64,000 nt of DNA from Alloascoidea hylecoeti (GCA_001600815.1 BCKZ01000004.1:895566-959565); one strand, 5' to 3'; shown: positions 25,901 through 36,678, numbered from the stretch's first letter. Made by a program: numbers and translations. The notes: a model not told the origin generated them from the letters alone.

Positions 25901-26998
25901 CTATTAAATATTTGACAAACCTTAAATGTTTTTGATGGCAGAGAATTGCTAGAATATGTTTTTATTAGGGTAGACTTACATAATCCGACCTAAGCTTTTA
26001 CTTAATACTTGCTCGTACATTCTCTAGATCTACAGTTTCACCACAACATAAAGATAGAAGGTAATTAATGTATAGATTAATCTGCGTTGTTATAATTATA
26101 GGTGATAATTTTATATTTCCACCGATGAGGTTATACAAGCTCAAGTAAATATACGGTTCAAGGTTGTCCGTGTCTCCTTGCAAGTGAAGTTCAAAAAATG
26201 AATATGACAGATCTTCTCTACATTAATTGTATACACTTTATAATTATAATATTACATATAATCTATACTGTATCCATAAAACTTTTCTAAAATGGAATAA
26301 AGATGAGACATGTCTTGGCTTATGAATTCCGAACAAACTATATCTTAAGTTTAATGTTGATCTGTTATGATTATCATGAAATTTTTTTAAAATTGGTGTC
26401 TTAAAAGTTAATACATGTAAATAATTTGGTGCCTTAGCTTATCGCATATTATTGTGAAAGCTTTAGCATATAATGAACTGTATTTCTTAATTAGGAAAAT
26501 TGGATTAATTTGGAAGTCTAACGAGAGATAGCGCACCGGAAATAACTAAACATCATGCAGATAAAACATGTTCTTTGCGTCTTGATAGCTATACTACTTT
26601 TGGTTAGTTATACTTAAGTCTACGTACTAGCTTTAAGGGACACATATAATATTATGACATTATAATAACAAGTATAGGCTACCATATAGCTATAGTTGAC
26701 GATGTAGATAATGCATTTTTTGCAACTATAGCTATAAGTATAAGGTACCACATTTCGGGGTATTCGATAATCTGCAGTGGTATGCTAACCCCGGATTAGA
26801 GTGTCTTAATATAATTATCTTTGAATGTAAGTTATAATGAATAAACAGAATAGAATAGCAAAACGGAGTCTTGTCAATTCCTGCTTTATTTTTGTATTTG
26901 ATTAATTCGATTTAATAATATAATAACCCTTAAATGGATATAAATTCAGATTTAATCAACAATTTATAAGCTTCCTAATTTTTCTTCAGTATTAATTT

Positions 26999-27175
26999 AA
27001 GTGTGTCCAGGAGTAGTTTTCTCTTAAATTTAACCAATAATCAAAGTAGTTTTTACCAGCGGACTTTGAATTCGTGTTGAATTTCTTCAATTTATATGAC
27101 ACTTGATAGAAGTGTAACACTATTCTTGCAGTAAAATGATGTAACTCTATAGAATACCAGTTTAGACACCTCAAA
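26999..27175 (-). ncRNA. Candidate H/ACA-like structured RNA
   Basis: Two hairpins whose G-U pairs favour the minus strand (gaggtgt/acacttc plus tattct/agaata; gtccgctggta/tactcctggac), ANANNA candidates between them, ACA+3 nt right after the last stem; upstream TATAAAA, poly(dA) and RRPE-like motifs. Confidence 0.35.
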
Positions 27176-27901
27176 AATTATAACATGATCATGATTCATG
27201 ATTAACGCAAATATTCAATATTTAGTGTGATTTTCAAAGAGATTGACCGGTCATTGAAAGGAGCTTGGTACTTTTTTATTAGTGTAGTTGTCAATTTTTT
27301 TTTTTTTCTCGTATCATTATTGGCGTTTTTTATATTAAACGTGAAACGTGTTTGCGCGTTCTTTTTAGCCTCTTTTCTCTAAGCTCATGTTTAAATTAGG
27401 GATCATCCAATAATGATGTACTTGGCACTTAACCAACCCAAAACGATACTTATTAAGTAATTATCTCGTTTCCATTCCCGATAAATTTTTTCATTTTCCA
27501 ATATTAATTTTTTTCATACCGTTTCATTTCTATTTGTAGGTATTGTTCCACATAAAAATACAGGCACATAAGGGCATAACAATAAGGCGCCATCTTATTG
27601 GCTCAATCCGGATGAGGATCCCCTTGCCAGATTAGAGACAAAACCCGCTTTACGCAATATTCATGCGATGAGCCGAAAGAAAAGGCAATTTCGGATGATT
27701 TTTCATGATCAATCCTATGTAAGTCAGAATGAAAGCCTGTTAAACCTAATATTAATTGATTAACATTTGTTTGACATGTATTATCATGTATCAGACATGC
27801 GGCCCGTACATTAGCATTGTATTCTACCTGATTATATAAATTGGCTTGCTCCTCCTTCGTAGAACTCGTTCGTGTTGCCCTTTTCTCACACTCTTCCCAG
27901 A

Positions 27902-29272
27902 ATGATCCAACCTACTCAGTCTGCCTCCTCGGAATTCAACACTTATTCCCCTCCTCCTAGCTTCTCAATGATATCCGAAGACTCTTCCACCTCTTCTGCT
28001 TCCTTCATAGGTCACGATGCCATCTCCGTCAAAATCAAAAATAATGATCCCATGTTCGCGTTAGGTATTGCAAAATCAGCTTCTTCGCAGAATCTAAAGT
28101 TCCCACATGCAAAATCAGTTCTACACAACGATGCCATTTTAACTCCACCGCCGGAGATAAATGTCGTTGACACTCTCAATATGGAGCCTATTACCGTAGA
28201 GCTGGATCTGACTGATCATGAAAAATCTATTTTGAGAGAAACATGGCAATATTTAATGGATGATACCTATGTAAACGATGTTGGTTCAGCTGCTGCTGGT
28301 TCTACTGGTGCTAAAGTAATAAAGCACCCAAAACGGCCTGATATGATAAGAATTACAATGAATAATGCTTCAAGTGGAATCGCTTCAACTATTTTCTGTA
28401 GGCAGTTTTATGGTACTCTTTTATCAACTGCTCCATATCTAGAGGAAATGTTCCCATCTATTCGCCATCAAGCTGTTGCATTTGCTGGGGTTCTCGCTAC
28501 TGCAATTACCCAGTTAGACCATATTGATATCTTGGCTGATTATCTCACATCTCTTGCGAAGAGGCATTCACGAATATTGAATATTGAACCTGTCCATTTC
28601 GATTTAATGGGTCAAGCCTTCATACAGACTCTTAGTGACAGATTTCAGCATGATTTCACTCTTGAATTAGAGGATGCCTGGGTAAAATTATATTCATATC
28701 TGGCTAATAAGTTATTGCAAGACGGTATTGATCCTATTGTTCCTCATTTATTATATAAAATGCCATCGCAAACAAGTCTAAATGATTCTAGCTCGGAAAG
28801 TGATATAAAATCAAATACTTTAGATAGAGTATCTACGGTATTATCATCACCTGAGAAATTGAATTCAACAAGTTCTAGAGCTTCATTGCATGGTGGTAAT
28901 AAAGGTTCACAGTCTAAAAAATCATTAACAAGGCTAATATCAAATTATAAATCATCAGCTAGATCATCAACTAGATTTTCAAGATTTTCAAGGAATAGTA
29001 AAACATTTGATACTGATGCAAATACTACCGACCCTGCTTCTGGAGAACTATTAATACGCACTCTATCGGTTGAATCTGAAAGGTCTGATCAGGATTCGAT
29101 CATTTCATCGGCTACTCAAAATAGTAGGAATCATTTGTCCAAATTTAAAATGCGCCCATCAATGCCAAGGTTGGATGAAGAATTCAAAACTAATTATAAC
29201 CCCTCAAGAGCTTATGGAAGTTCAATGATCAGAACTAATCATGCTCAAGACGGTGAGTGTGTTATTGCATAG
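27902..29272 (+). CDS. Globin-domain protein with Ser-rich flanks and a C-terminal CaaX (YNL234W-like)
   Basis: LRETWQ...FCRQFYGTLLSTAPYLEEMFPSIRHQAVAFAGVL...LAKRHSRILNIEPVHFDLMGQAF...AWVKLY globin helices; ends CVIA*; first ATG at 27902. Confidence 0.8.
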   Translation: MIQPTQSASSEFNTYSPPPSFSMISEDSSTSSASFIGHDAISVKIKNNDPMFALGIAKSASSQNLKFPHAKSVLHNDAILTPPPEINVVDTLNMEPITVELDLTDHEKSILRETWQYLMDDTYVNDVGSAAAGSTGAKVIKHPKRPDMIRITMNNASSGIASTIFCRQFYGTLLSTAPYLEEMFPSIRHQAVAFAGVLATAITQLDHIDILADYLTSLAKRHSRILNIEPVHFDLMGQAFIQTLSDRFQHDFTLELEDAWVKLYSYLANKLLQDGIDPIVPHLLYKMPSQTSLNDSSSESDIKSNTLDRVSTVLSSPEKLNSTSSRASLHGGNKGSQSKKSLTRLISNYKSSARSSTRFSRFSRNSKTFDTDANTTDPASGELLIRTLSVESERSDQDSIISSATQNSRNHLSKFKMRPSMPRLDEEFKTNYNPSRAYGSSMIRTNHAQDGECVIA

Positions 29273-29500
29273 CTATGGAACACTTGACCATGATGCATTC
29301 CTTTTATCCTTCAAATTGCTAAATTATACTTGTACCTATCTTATCTATCATCATTTGCAATTTTTAACTTGCATGTGTTTCTATATCTTATACATGCTTC
29401 ATGCTTTTCACCTTTTTATCCTACCTTTATCATTAATATTGTATATTGTCTTGTCATTCAGCTATAGACATTTATGATGCTGTTTTTTCTTTCTTGCTTG

Positions 29501-29604
29501 TTTTTATTTTTATTTTTATTTTTATTTTTATTTTTATTTTTATTTTTATTTTTATTTTTATTTTTATTTTTATTTTTATTTTTATTTTTATTTTTATTTT
29601 TATT
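29501..29604. repeat. (TTTTTA)n hexanucleotide microsatellite, ~17 units
   Basis: Direct inspection. Confidence 0.95.
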
Positions 29605-30566
29605 TATATTCCTTGTTTCCGTTTAAAGTTTAATCTTAAACTTACAAGCATCTTGCATTTCGTTTTAATGATTAAATTAATTTATATACTTGTTAAAAAT
29701 GATTTTTGGTACTGGATACCAAATCCTATCACAAATTATAATTTCTAAAATTGTCATTTTATATTAATTATAACGTTAACCCATAGCTATAGCTTTTTTA
29801 CCCCATGTTATATAAATAGATATTGATCAAGTTTATGTGTAACAGAAACAATTATACAATTAGGTTTACAACTTCACAGTAAGCGGCAAATCTATACATA
29901 CAGTAAACCTTAAGAAGGAACTATAAGTCTATAACACAAAGCATAAGTACAAGTTGTTGGGTATCATTAAATAAGCCCAGCCCCATGGCAAACTTGATAA
30001 TAATATACAGAACCCTTGATCCCTATCGTAATTAAGGTGCTCATACTCAAAATGCTTTAAATGCACATAATGTTTATTATTACAATTGACGATTTAATTT
30101 TGTATTTTAGATGATAGTACCGATACTACTATCATATGTATAAGTTATATATATATTATATAAACTATATTAGCTCTCTTAATTTAGCTGTATTATTTAT
30201 TCTGTAATTTCTCTATCCAAAGCGAGTCTTCAATTTATTGCAAATTGATTAATATTGTTAATTAAGTTTTAGTCGCAAGTGTGCCTATTTTCATACTGCT
30301 ACTGTTAAAATGTCTCTACGATATTGAAAGTTATCGGGTTGCTGATATTTACGACAACAATTTATAGTTAAAATAAAAGAAGAAATATGGGTTTTCTGAA
30401 AAATAGTTATATATGATTAATTAGTGTAATTAATGTAATTATAAGTTATAGTATTACGTTTGCAAGCTATTACTATATTAGCTACAATTTTTCCATGATC
30501 AAACTATAGTTGTTATCTTGTCTTCGTACATACAAATATTACCACTCAATATACTGTACAGATAGA

Positions 30567-32096
30567 TTAATTTTTAAAACAAGAGCCCATAACAATATTG
30601 AGTTGATCATTAGTAAACCTGAGTGGTGGTTCATGTTCAATACCGAAAGAGAGAGGCAGCAACGAAGCCTCATCTGGATATAAATTGTGAGCTATTAATT
30701 GTTTGTAAAAAGTAGGACTAATATATTCAGCCCTTCCATCTTGTCGAACAATCCATGTTGCAACGGATTTTATGTTACCTTCAGTATGGTTTGTATAGTA
30801 TACTGACGTCTTTCTTTTTAAAAAGTCAATCAAAATCAAAAATTGCATGGGGACGCCAGTTACTTCATACATAGCAAGAACAAACCTTTGACAGGGTGAA
30901 ATAGTAGATTTAATCACCGATACATTTGGAGGAAAGTTCAAATCTGAAAATGTCATGTATTTGTACCACTTGGCCTTAACAATCTGTCCCCTACGCTCCA
31001 AAGTTTCAGTTGATTTAAGCCATACTCCATCATTACTGAATAGAAAAAGATGATTTCGAGTACTCTGTAATTTGAATGTTGTCAATTTACCCCCTTTAAA
31101 AAGATTCAAATCTTGAGGCAAATTAAAACCATTAATTAAATCATGTTTCCCCTTTGTGAGATGTTTGCAAATAAAATTTGGCTCGTGTTTACGTAAACTA
31201 GTTTGTAAGCGCTTTTTATGATCAAGTGAGAATGCAATAAATGATGAATCAAAGTGAGGTCGAAAACCCTTATGCGATTGGAGCATGTCTATTTCCACTT
31301 TAACTGACAAATCCTCTACCAAATAAACTGATCTTTTATCTGATCCAAATATTGTGTATGTATCCTCCGTAGATTCAATTATTGGGTGCTGAAATATCCT
31401 GTTAGGAATAAGTTTCCATAAATCTTTGGTAAGTAAGTTTAATGATTCATTTTGGTTATAATAATTGTACATCTTGTGCTCTTCAAATGATAATTTGTCA
31501 GTTTCAGGCATTTCAATCATTGCCTCATGTATTATTCGAGGATCATATACGCAGAATGATGGGTGTTCCCCGGCTCCATAAAAACACTGTATTTTCTCCA
31601 AAAAAGGAAGGAAATCTCTCGGCGGTTCACTACCAGTGAAATCCGTATAATTGTGACATTCTAAACGATCATTACACATAAACATCTCCGACACTTTTTG
31701 TAATCCAATATAACCTCTAACTCCCGATGGCATTTGTATACATTTGATGTATTGTTGGTTTTGAAACCAATTCATTTCGCGAAGATGAGATAAATGAGCT
31801 TCTGTCTCCCAATAATTATGTGGGGCATTAAACCGCATAGATTGTTGATACGCAATGGCTTCATGTAGACTTTTGGCTTTAATAAATGTAGGCGCTTCTA
31901 CCATTCCCTTTTCAAGAGTTTTTGTTTCAGCATCATATTGTATTATTTTTAAAGCGCTATAATTCTCACGGGTATTTAAAGGTTTATCATAAAAATCAAT
32001 TAGATCAGGAACTCTCAGTGTTCTGTTAGCAATTCTAAGAGCAGAGTATTCTTGTTGCATTTCATGAAATGCTGGCTGGATTGAGATAGTTGACAT
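30567..32096 (-). CDS. Orphan 509-aa intronless protein; C-terminal half beta-strand rich
   Basis: Long uninterrupted ORF in AT-rich DNA with ATG in acaATG context; no family recognised. Confidence 0.7.
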   Translation of the reverse strand: MSTISIQPAFHEMQQEYSALRIANRTLRVPDLIDFYDKPLNTRENYSALKIIQYDAETKTLEKGMVEAPTFIKAKSLHEAIAYQQSMRFNAPHNYWETEAHLSHLREMNWFQNQQYIKCIQMPSGVRGYIGLQKVSEMFMCNDRLECHNYTDFTGSEPPRDFLPFLEKIQCFYGAGEHPSFCVYDPRIIHEAMIEMPETDKLSFEEHKMYNYYNQNESLNLLTKDLWKLIPNRIFQHPIIESTEDTYTIFGSDKRSVYLVEDLSVKVEIDMLQSHKGFRPHFDSSFIAFSLDHKKRLQTSLRKHEPNFICKHLTKGKHDLINGFNLPQDLNLFKGGKLTTFKLQSTRNHLFLFSNDGVWLKSTETLERRGQIVKAKWYKYMTFSDLNFPPNVSVIKSTISPCQRFVLAMYEVTGVPMQFLILIDFLKRKTSVYYTNHTEGNIKSVATWIVRQDGRAEYISPTFYKQLIAHNLYPDEASLLPLSFGIEHEPPLRFTNDQLNIVMGSCFKN

Positions 32097-32372
32097 TGTT
32101 ATATATTGATTCCTATAAAGTTAATAGTTAAGGTTAGTGGATGCTCTTAGAATCAAGTATTTATGAGAACATACACTTAATATAGGGAAAAGAGTTTTCA
32201 AAAATTATAGAACCTTTATATAACAATTCTTGCGTAAATTGAGATATTATATGTTAGCGGCAAGTTTTGATTTGAGTACTTAAAGGAAATTAAAACTTAT
32301 AGTGAAAGGTTTAAGTAGTTGTAGGAGGTCTGCAGGTTAGCTGCAGGTACAGTCTTTTCTTGCAACTATTTT

Positions 32373-32610
32373 CTAAAATAATTAGCATAAAGCTTGGGAG
32401 TTAATTGGACCTCAACTTGGAAAATAATTAGTGATATTGAAGATAATTATTTAGCGTTACTTAGGTAATTAATTAATCACAAGTTGGTCTGGGATTTAAA
32501 AATAATTATTTAACTAATACGTTGGAAATTAATTAGCACTAAGGTATGAAATTATTTGGCGATCTGCTTAAATTAATAATTAGTCGTTTCTCAGATAATT
32601 AACTGGTGTA
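32373..32610. repeat. Degenerate ~22-bp periodic array with a TAATTA/AATTA core
   Basis: Cores near 32377, 32400, 32421, 32443, 32465, 32500, 32526, 32548, 32570 and 32594. Confidence 0.55.
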
Positions 32611-32944
32611 TGTTTTGTACGAAACATATATTAAATAAAAACCTGTTACGCCAAAAAGCCGAACGACTTCTGGTTGACAGGCCAATATCCAACAATATAT
32701 TTGGTGACTTTGTTAAAGATTAATTAGTTATACCTTTGAAAATTAACAACAGATCGGCCTTTAAATATGAATATGGGATCCAATTATACCCATTATCCTT
32801 CAGTTGATTTTAATGAATGTTAATAAAATTACTATCAAAGAAGTTATAATTCATTATACATAATAACTCTAAAATTATATATCTAACTTATGTCTATATC
32901 TATATTTTTATTACTTAATTAATATACTGATTCTTATGTTTTAT

Positions 32945-34227
32945 CTATAGTTCATCATGAAGAAATTTCGTAACCGTTGAAATGAATTCAGTCGGTTTTT
33001 CACTAATCACTATTCAAGACAAGTAATTTGATATATTAGTATAATGATTCCGATTAATCACAAAACAGATTATAATGTAAACTTACCCCAATGTCCTGTA
33101 TTAAACGTTATAACATTTGAATTCGGAAAATATTTCGATATTTCCGGGCATGGTTCAGGAACACTATATGGGTCTAGTTAGCTTTAACCCTCCAAAATAA
33201 AGTAGCAACTCAAAACAAACTTACAATTCAGATTGGAATGCTCTAATAAAAAGCGTTTTCCCCTTAAATGCTCCATGCTCCTCGAAGGGAAACGGGAAAT
33301 CACCAAGAGCACCGAGTGATTTATCTAAAATATTCAATGGAACTCTAAACCGAACATAATCATAAGGAGTTACCGTATGCAATGATGAATGTAATTGAGG
33401 TTGAGAAGTGATATTTTTTGAGAAATGAGTAGATAATCTGGGATCTGAAAGCATTTGATTTTTGGAGTATATTAGATTTGAACAAAGAAATACCCTTACC
33501 TTTTTATCCTAATGTTTAAAATTTAGTGGTTAGTTTAGAATAATTGCAATGAAAACAAGCCAAAAATATTATAACCTTTTCAAATCGTTCCATAACTGTC
33601 ATTGCTTTCTTCAAAGCATTGGGATCATCTAATTTTAAACCTAGGGACTGAACATGAGCCATAGCCCTTACATCTTTATAGAACTGTTCACCAATATCTT
33701 TAACAATCGGAGCATTATCAACACTGATAACCCGAGATATTAAATCGGGATACTTCAATGCTATTCCCATAGCAACTTTTGCACCCATTGAATGTCCCAA
33801 TATTATAGGCTTGTTGTGATCTTCGGAGCCATTCAACTTGTGTTCTTCGAGGAAATTAAGAAGATCAGACACCATTGTAGAATAACTATGAGGAGACACA
33901 TGGGGAGATGAGCCGTGATTCCGGAGATCTGGAGCAAAAACGCGAATGCCTAAATGTCTTGAGAAGTGTCTGATAAGTTTTTTTAATACATCCATTCATG
34001 AACATTAGTTATAGAAGGATTTGTATTTATGCTTACTTTGCTAAAGAACGATAATTTTGCTTTGAGCCAAGAAACCCGTGTAATAGAACAAGAGTTTGTT
34101 TTGAGCTGGTGGCAGTTGGTTTATACTCATCAAAAGACAATCTAATGTTTCTATCAGAGTGAAGACACCTTTTAAAGAGCCAAGGCAGCTGTGTGGGTAA
34201 AATGCTCACTTTGCCAGTTCCTATCAT
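32945..34227 (-). CDS. EAT1: Mitochondrial ABHD11-family alpha/beta hydrolase (Eat1/Imo32 family); 5 exons (34227-34037, 33969-33576, 33508-33225, 33163-33087, 33009-32945)
   Basis: LLHGFLGSKQNYRSL, DLRNHG, GHSMG, VDNAP, TGHW|VISEKP motifs; divergent from a YGR016W-like gene, as EAT1 is in S. cerevisiae. Confidence 0.7.
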
Positions 34228-34343
34228 ATTAAATTACTTAATGTAAGAGTTTATATAAATATTTCGTTGATATATTTGGTTGTAAGGTGGTTGTGGTAGC
34301 ATCTATCTCAGCTTCAACCTTTAAAATTTAATTAATTAAACTA

Positions 34344-34889
34344 ATGTCAAGACTCCGAAAAGCCTCAAGAAGAATATTTACTATTGATGATCATGATTCT
34401 GATTTGTACTCATCGGTTGAAGATTTTCCATTAGATGAGCAAGAACAAGAAGAATTGATCCATCGGCTAAGATCAGATAATGAACAAAACAACGAATTTT
34501 TTAAAATTGCTTTTATTACAATATTTTTATTGCCATCCCCTGTATTGATTACTTTACCTTATTGTCGACGCAATCCAATTGCAAGTCTATTCTCACTGCT
34601 TTCATTAATAGCTTCAAGTTATTCTATTTATTTTGATAATGATAGTTTGGGAAACGAGCAGTCCAGGAAAAACAAAACCAAGATATTAAAATTTTCAAAC
34701 TTGGGAGTGGCGTTAACCATTTTGATTGCAAAGTTATTCGAACATTGGCCATGGAAAGGTTATGATTATATTTGGTGCTTACCTTTAATTTCATCCTTAA
34801 CTTCGATTTTTATATCCCATTTAATGCATGATTCAGACGATGTTATTCACGATCTTAATAATTTGAAATACAAATACAAAGGAGCGTAA
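34344..34889 (+). CDS. Conserved small multi-pass membrane protein (YGR016W-like)
   Basis: 181 aa, PLDEQEQEELI motif, four hydrophobic segments, C-terminal KYKYKGA (KxKxx-like); synteny with EAT1. Confidence 0.7.
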   Translation: MSRLRKASRRIFTIDDHDSDLYSSVEDFPLDEQEQEELIHRLRSDNEQNNEFFKIAFITIFLLPSPVLITLPYCRRNPIASLFSLLSLIASSYSIYFDNDSLGNEQSRKNKTKILKFSNLGVALTILIAKLFEHWPWKGYDYIWCLPLISSLTSIFISHLMHDSDDVIHDLNNLKYKYKGA

Positions 34890-34985
34890 GAATTAAGACT
34901 ACAAGATATTTATTCATATTCTTTTTTTGGTAGCTATAGCTTTTATTCATTTATGTTCTGTATCATCCATAATCAGACTGAAATA

Positions 34986-36569
34986 TTAGTCAGATCTTTC
35001 ACAATGCAGTTCATCATTATCAATCACATTCTCAAGATCTAGTACATCCTCTGAAGAAATATCAACATTACATAACATATCATCATTAATATTAATACTA
35101 CCACCCTCAAGAACATCCTCTGACGAAATATCAATATTACATAAGGTATCATCATTATTATTCATACTGCCACCTTCAAGAACATTCTCTGAAGAAATCT
35201 GAACATTATACAATGTATCATCATTCTGAGAATCAAACACAGATTCCTTATAATTATTAGAATCATCATCTTCATTAGAAAAGAAAAGTTCTTTATTGTC
35301 ATTATTCAACAATAATTCTGTATTACAAATACTTCCAAAATGTGCAAGGTTTAATGTTTTCTCGGTATTATATCCATTTTTCTTTATTTTATTCATCAGA
35401 TATCTCTTTCTTTCTGGATTTTGTGCTATTTGTTTTAAACGCTCCATAGAGGGGAAATGCTTTTTAGAAACCGAAACAAAATTGAAAAATAAAAGGGGAT
35501 TCTAAAACAAAAATGGTAATTAATATTTGAATTTCTTGAAAGGGTATAACATATAAAATAAATTAGACGCACATTGTTATCATTGGTATTATCACCATAT
35601 TGCTTTAAGATACTCGATATCGTTGGAATGTATGGATATGAAAATTCAAACCTCTATCAACAAAATTGTAAGAATTATATCTTTTGTAACGAAATATCTC
35701 AATATTTTTCTTACCCGTCTTGCTTCGAAAGAGAAAACTAATGGCATTAATTGTTCAAATTTATTCAAAATCAGAGATCCAAAAGCTTTATTTATTAAAC
35801 TCGCAGTGCTCAGTAATAAATCCCTTTTATAATACTTTTCTGTTTTCTTAATATCAAACAATAAATCCACTGTAAGTTTATTAAGACTTAGAATATGTTG
35901 TTTTAAATCTAAATTTGCACCTTCTGTAACTTTGATACGTTTTTTATCATGGGGTAGTGCTACTTCTTGTGATTCCAATAAAGAGTCTAGTTTGGTATCA
36001 CTGATTAAATGACATATTAGCATAACTAAACGATATTAATGTTAGTATCCTATAACCATTTCTCTAAACAATCTTGGAGTCTCATGAGTCTTCTTGCCTT
36101 TGAAAGAATAAGCATTTTGAGTCCCTAGTTTTAAGCTTGCTTCATATCCTAAATCTTCCCAAAACTAAATCAATAAGTACACCGGTCAATTAGTATAATT
36201 TCTGACCTCTATCTCGTTATAGTTATGAACTTTATGTGAGATCAAAAAACTAACCTGTCCTTTCTGTATTAAATGCCCTAATATTTCGAATATGTCGTTA
36301 TAATCATTACAGTCTGCATTCTTCCAATGTATTTTGAATATAATCTATAAAGGTTTGCTTAATATGAAGCATATAAGTTTAATAGTTATTTCTCGTACCT
36401 CAAAATGTGGCAATTTAGGAATAATCGTACTATCATTCAATAGAGGCGTAATTCCAGGTGAAGACGGTGTTTTATCATCTTCTTTATATCTTGATAATTC
36501 TAAATTAAAAGTTGAATGTAAACATAAACGAGAATCTTGAATTATTATAGGATCCATGGACACCTTCAT
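34986..36569 (-). CDS. REC102: REC102-like meiotic DSB protein (Spo11 partner, TopoVIB-like); 6 exons (36569-36399, 36344-36255, 36164-36098, 36025-35715, 35653-35573, 35501-34986)
   Basis: Spliced product IIPKLP..FWEDLGY..LICHLISD..FGSLILNKFEQLMPLVFSFEARR|RF parallels recalled S. cerevisiae Rec102 (YIPLLP..FWEEQLFY..LKCTILTD..FSSLIVSQLEFEYPMVFSMISRLRL); lies near NMA1 as YLR329W does to YLR328W; all five introns keep the frame. Confidence 0.72.
35043..35225 (-). repeat. 69-bp coding tandem repeat x~2.7 (NDDTLxNxxISSExVLEGGS)
   Basis: Units at 35043, 35112 and 35181, period 69. Confidence 0.85.
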
Positions 36570-36678
36570 CGTGAGTCTAAGTGAATGGAGGTATAGTTTA
36601 TTGAGGCACCAATCGATGAATGTGATTCGATGGCTGATCTGATGTCATTATATTCAAAAGAATCACAATGTAGCTCTA

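Noticed and set aside
29446..29748. ORF with IF repeats
   Set aside because: Translation of the (TTTTTA)n microsatellite
32373..32610. CRISPR-like interpretation of the periodic array
   Set aside because: Eukaryotic context, degenerate cores of only ~6-10 bp, no cas genes
33445..33508. Apparent 9-nt microexon (GATAAAAAG|GTAAGG) in the EAT1-like gene
   Set aside because: Reading through gives DKKVRVFLCSNL, matching the family motif in frame; splicing would cause a frameshift
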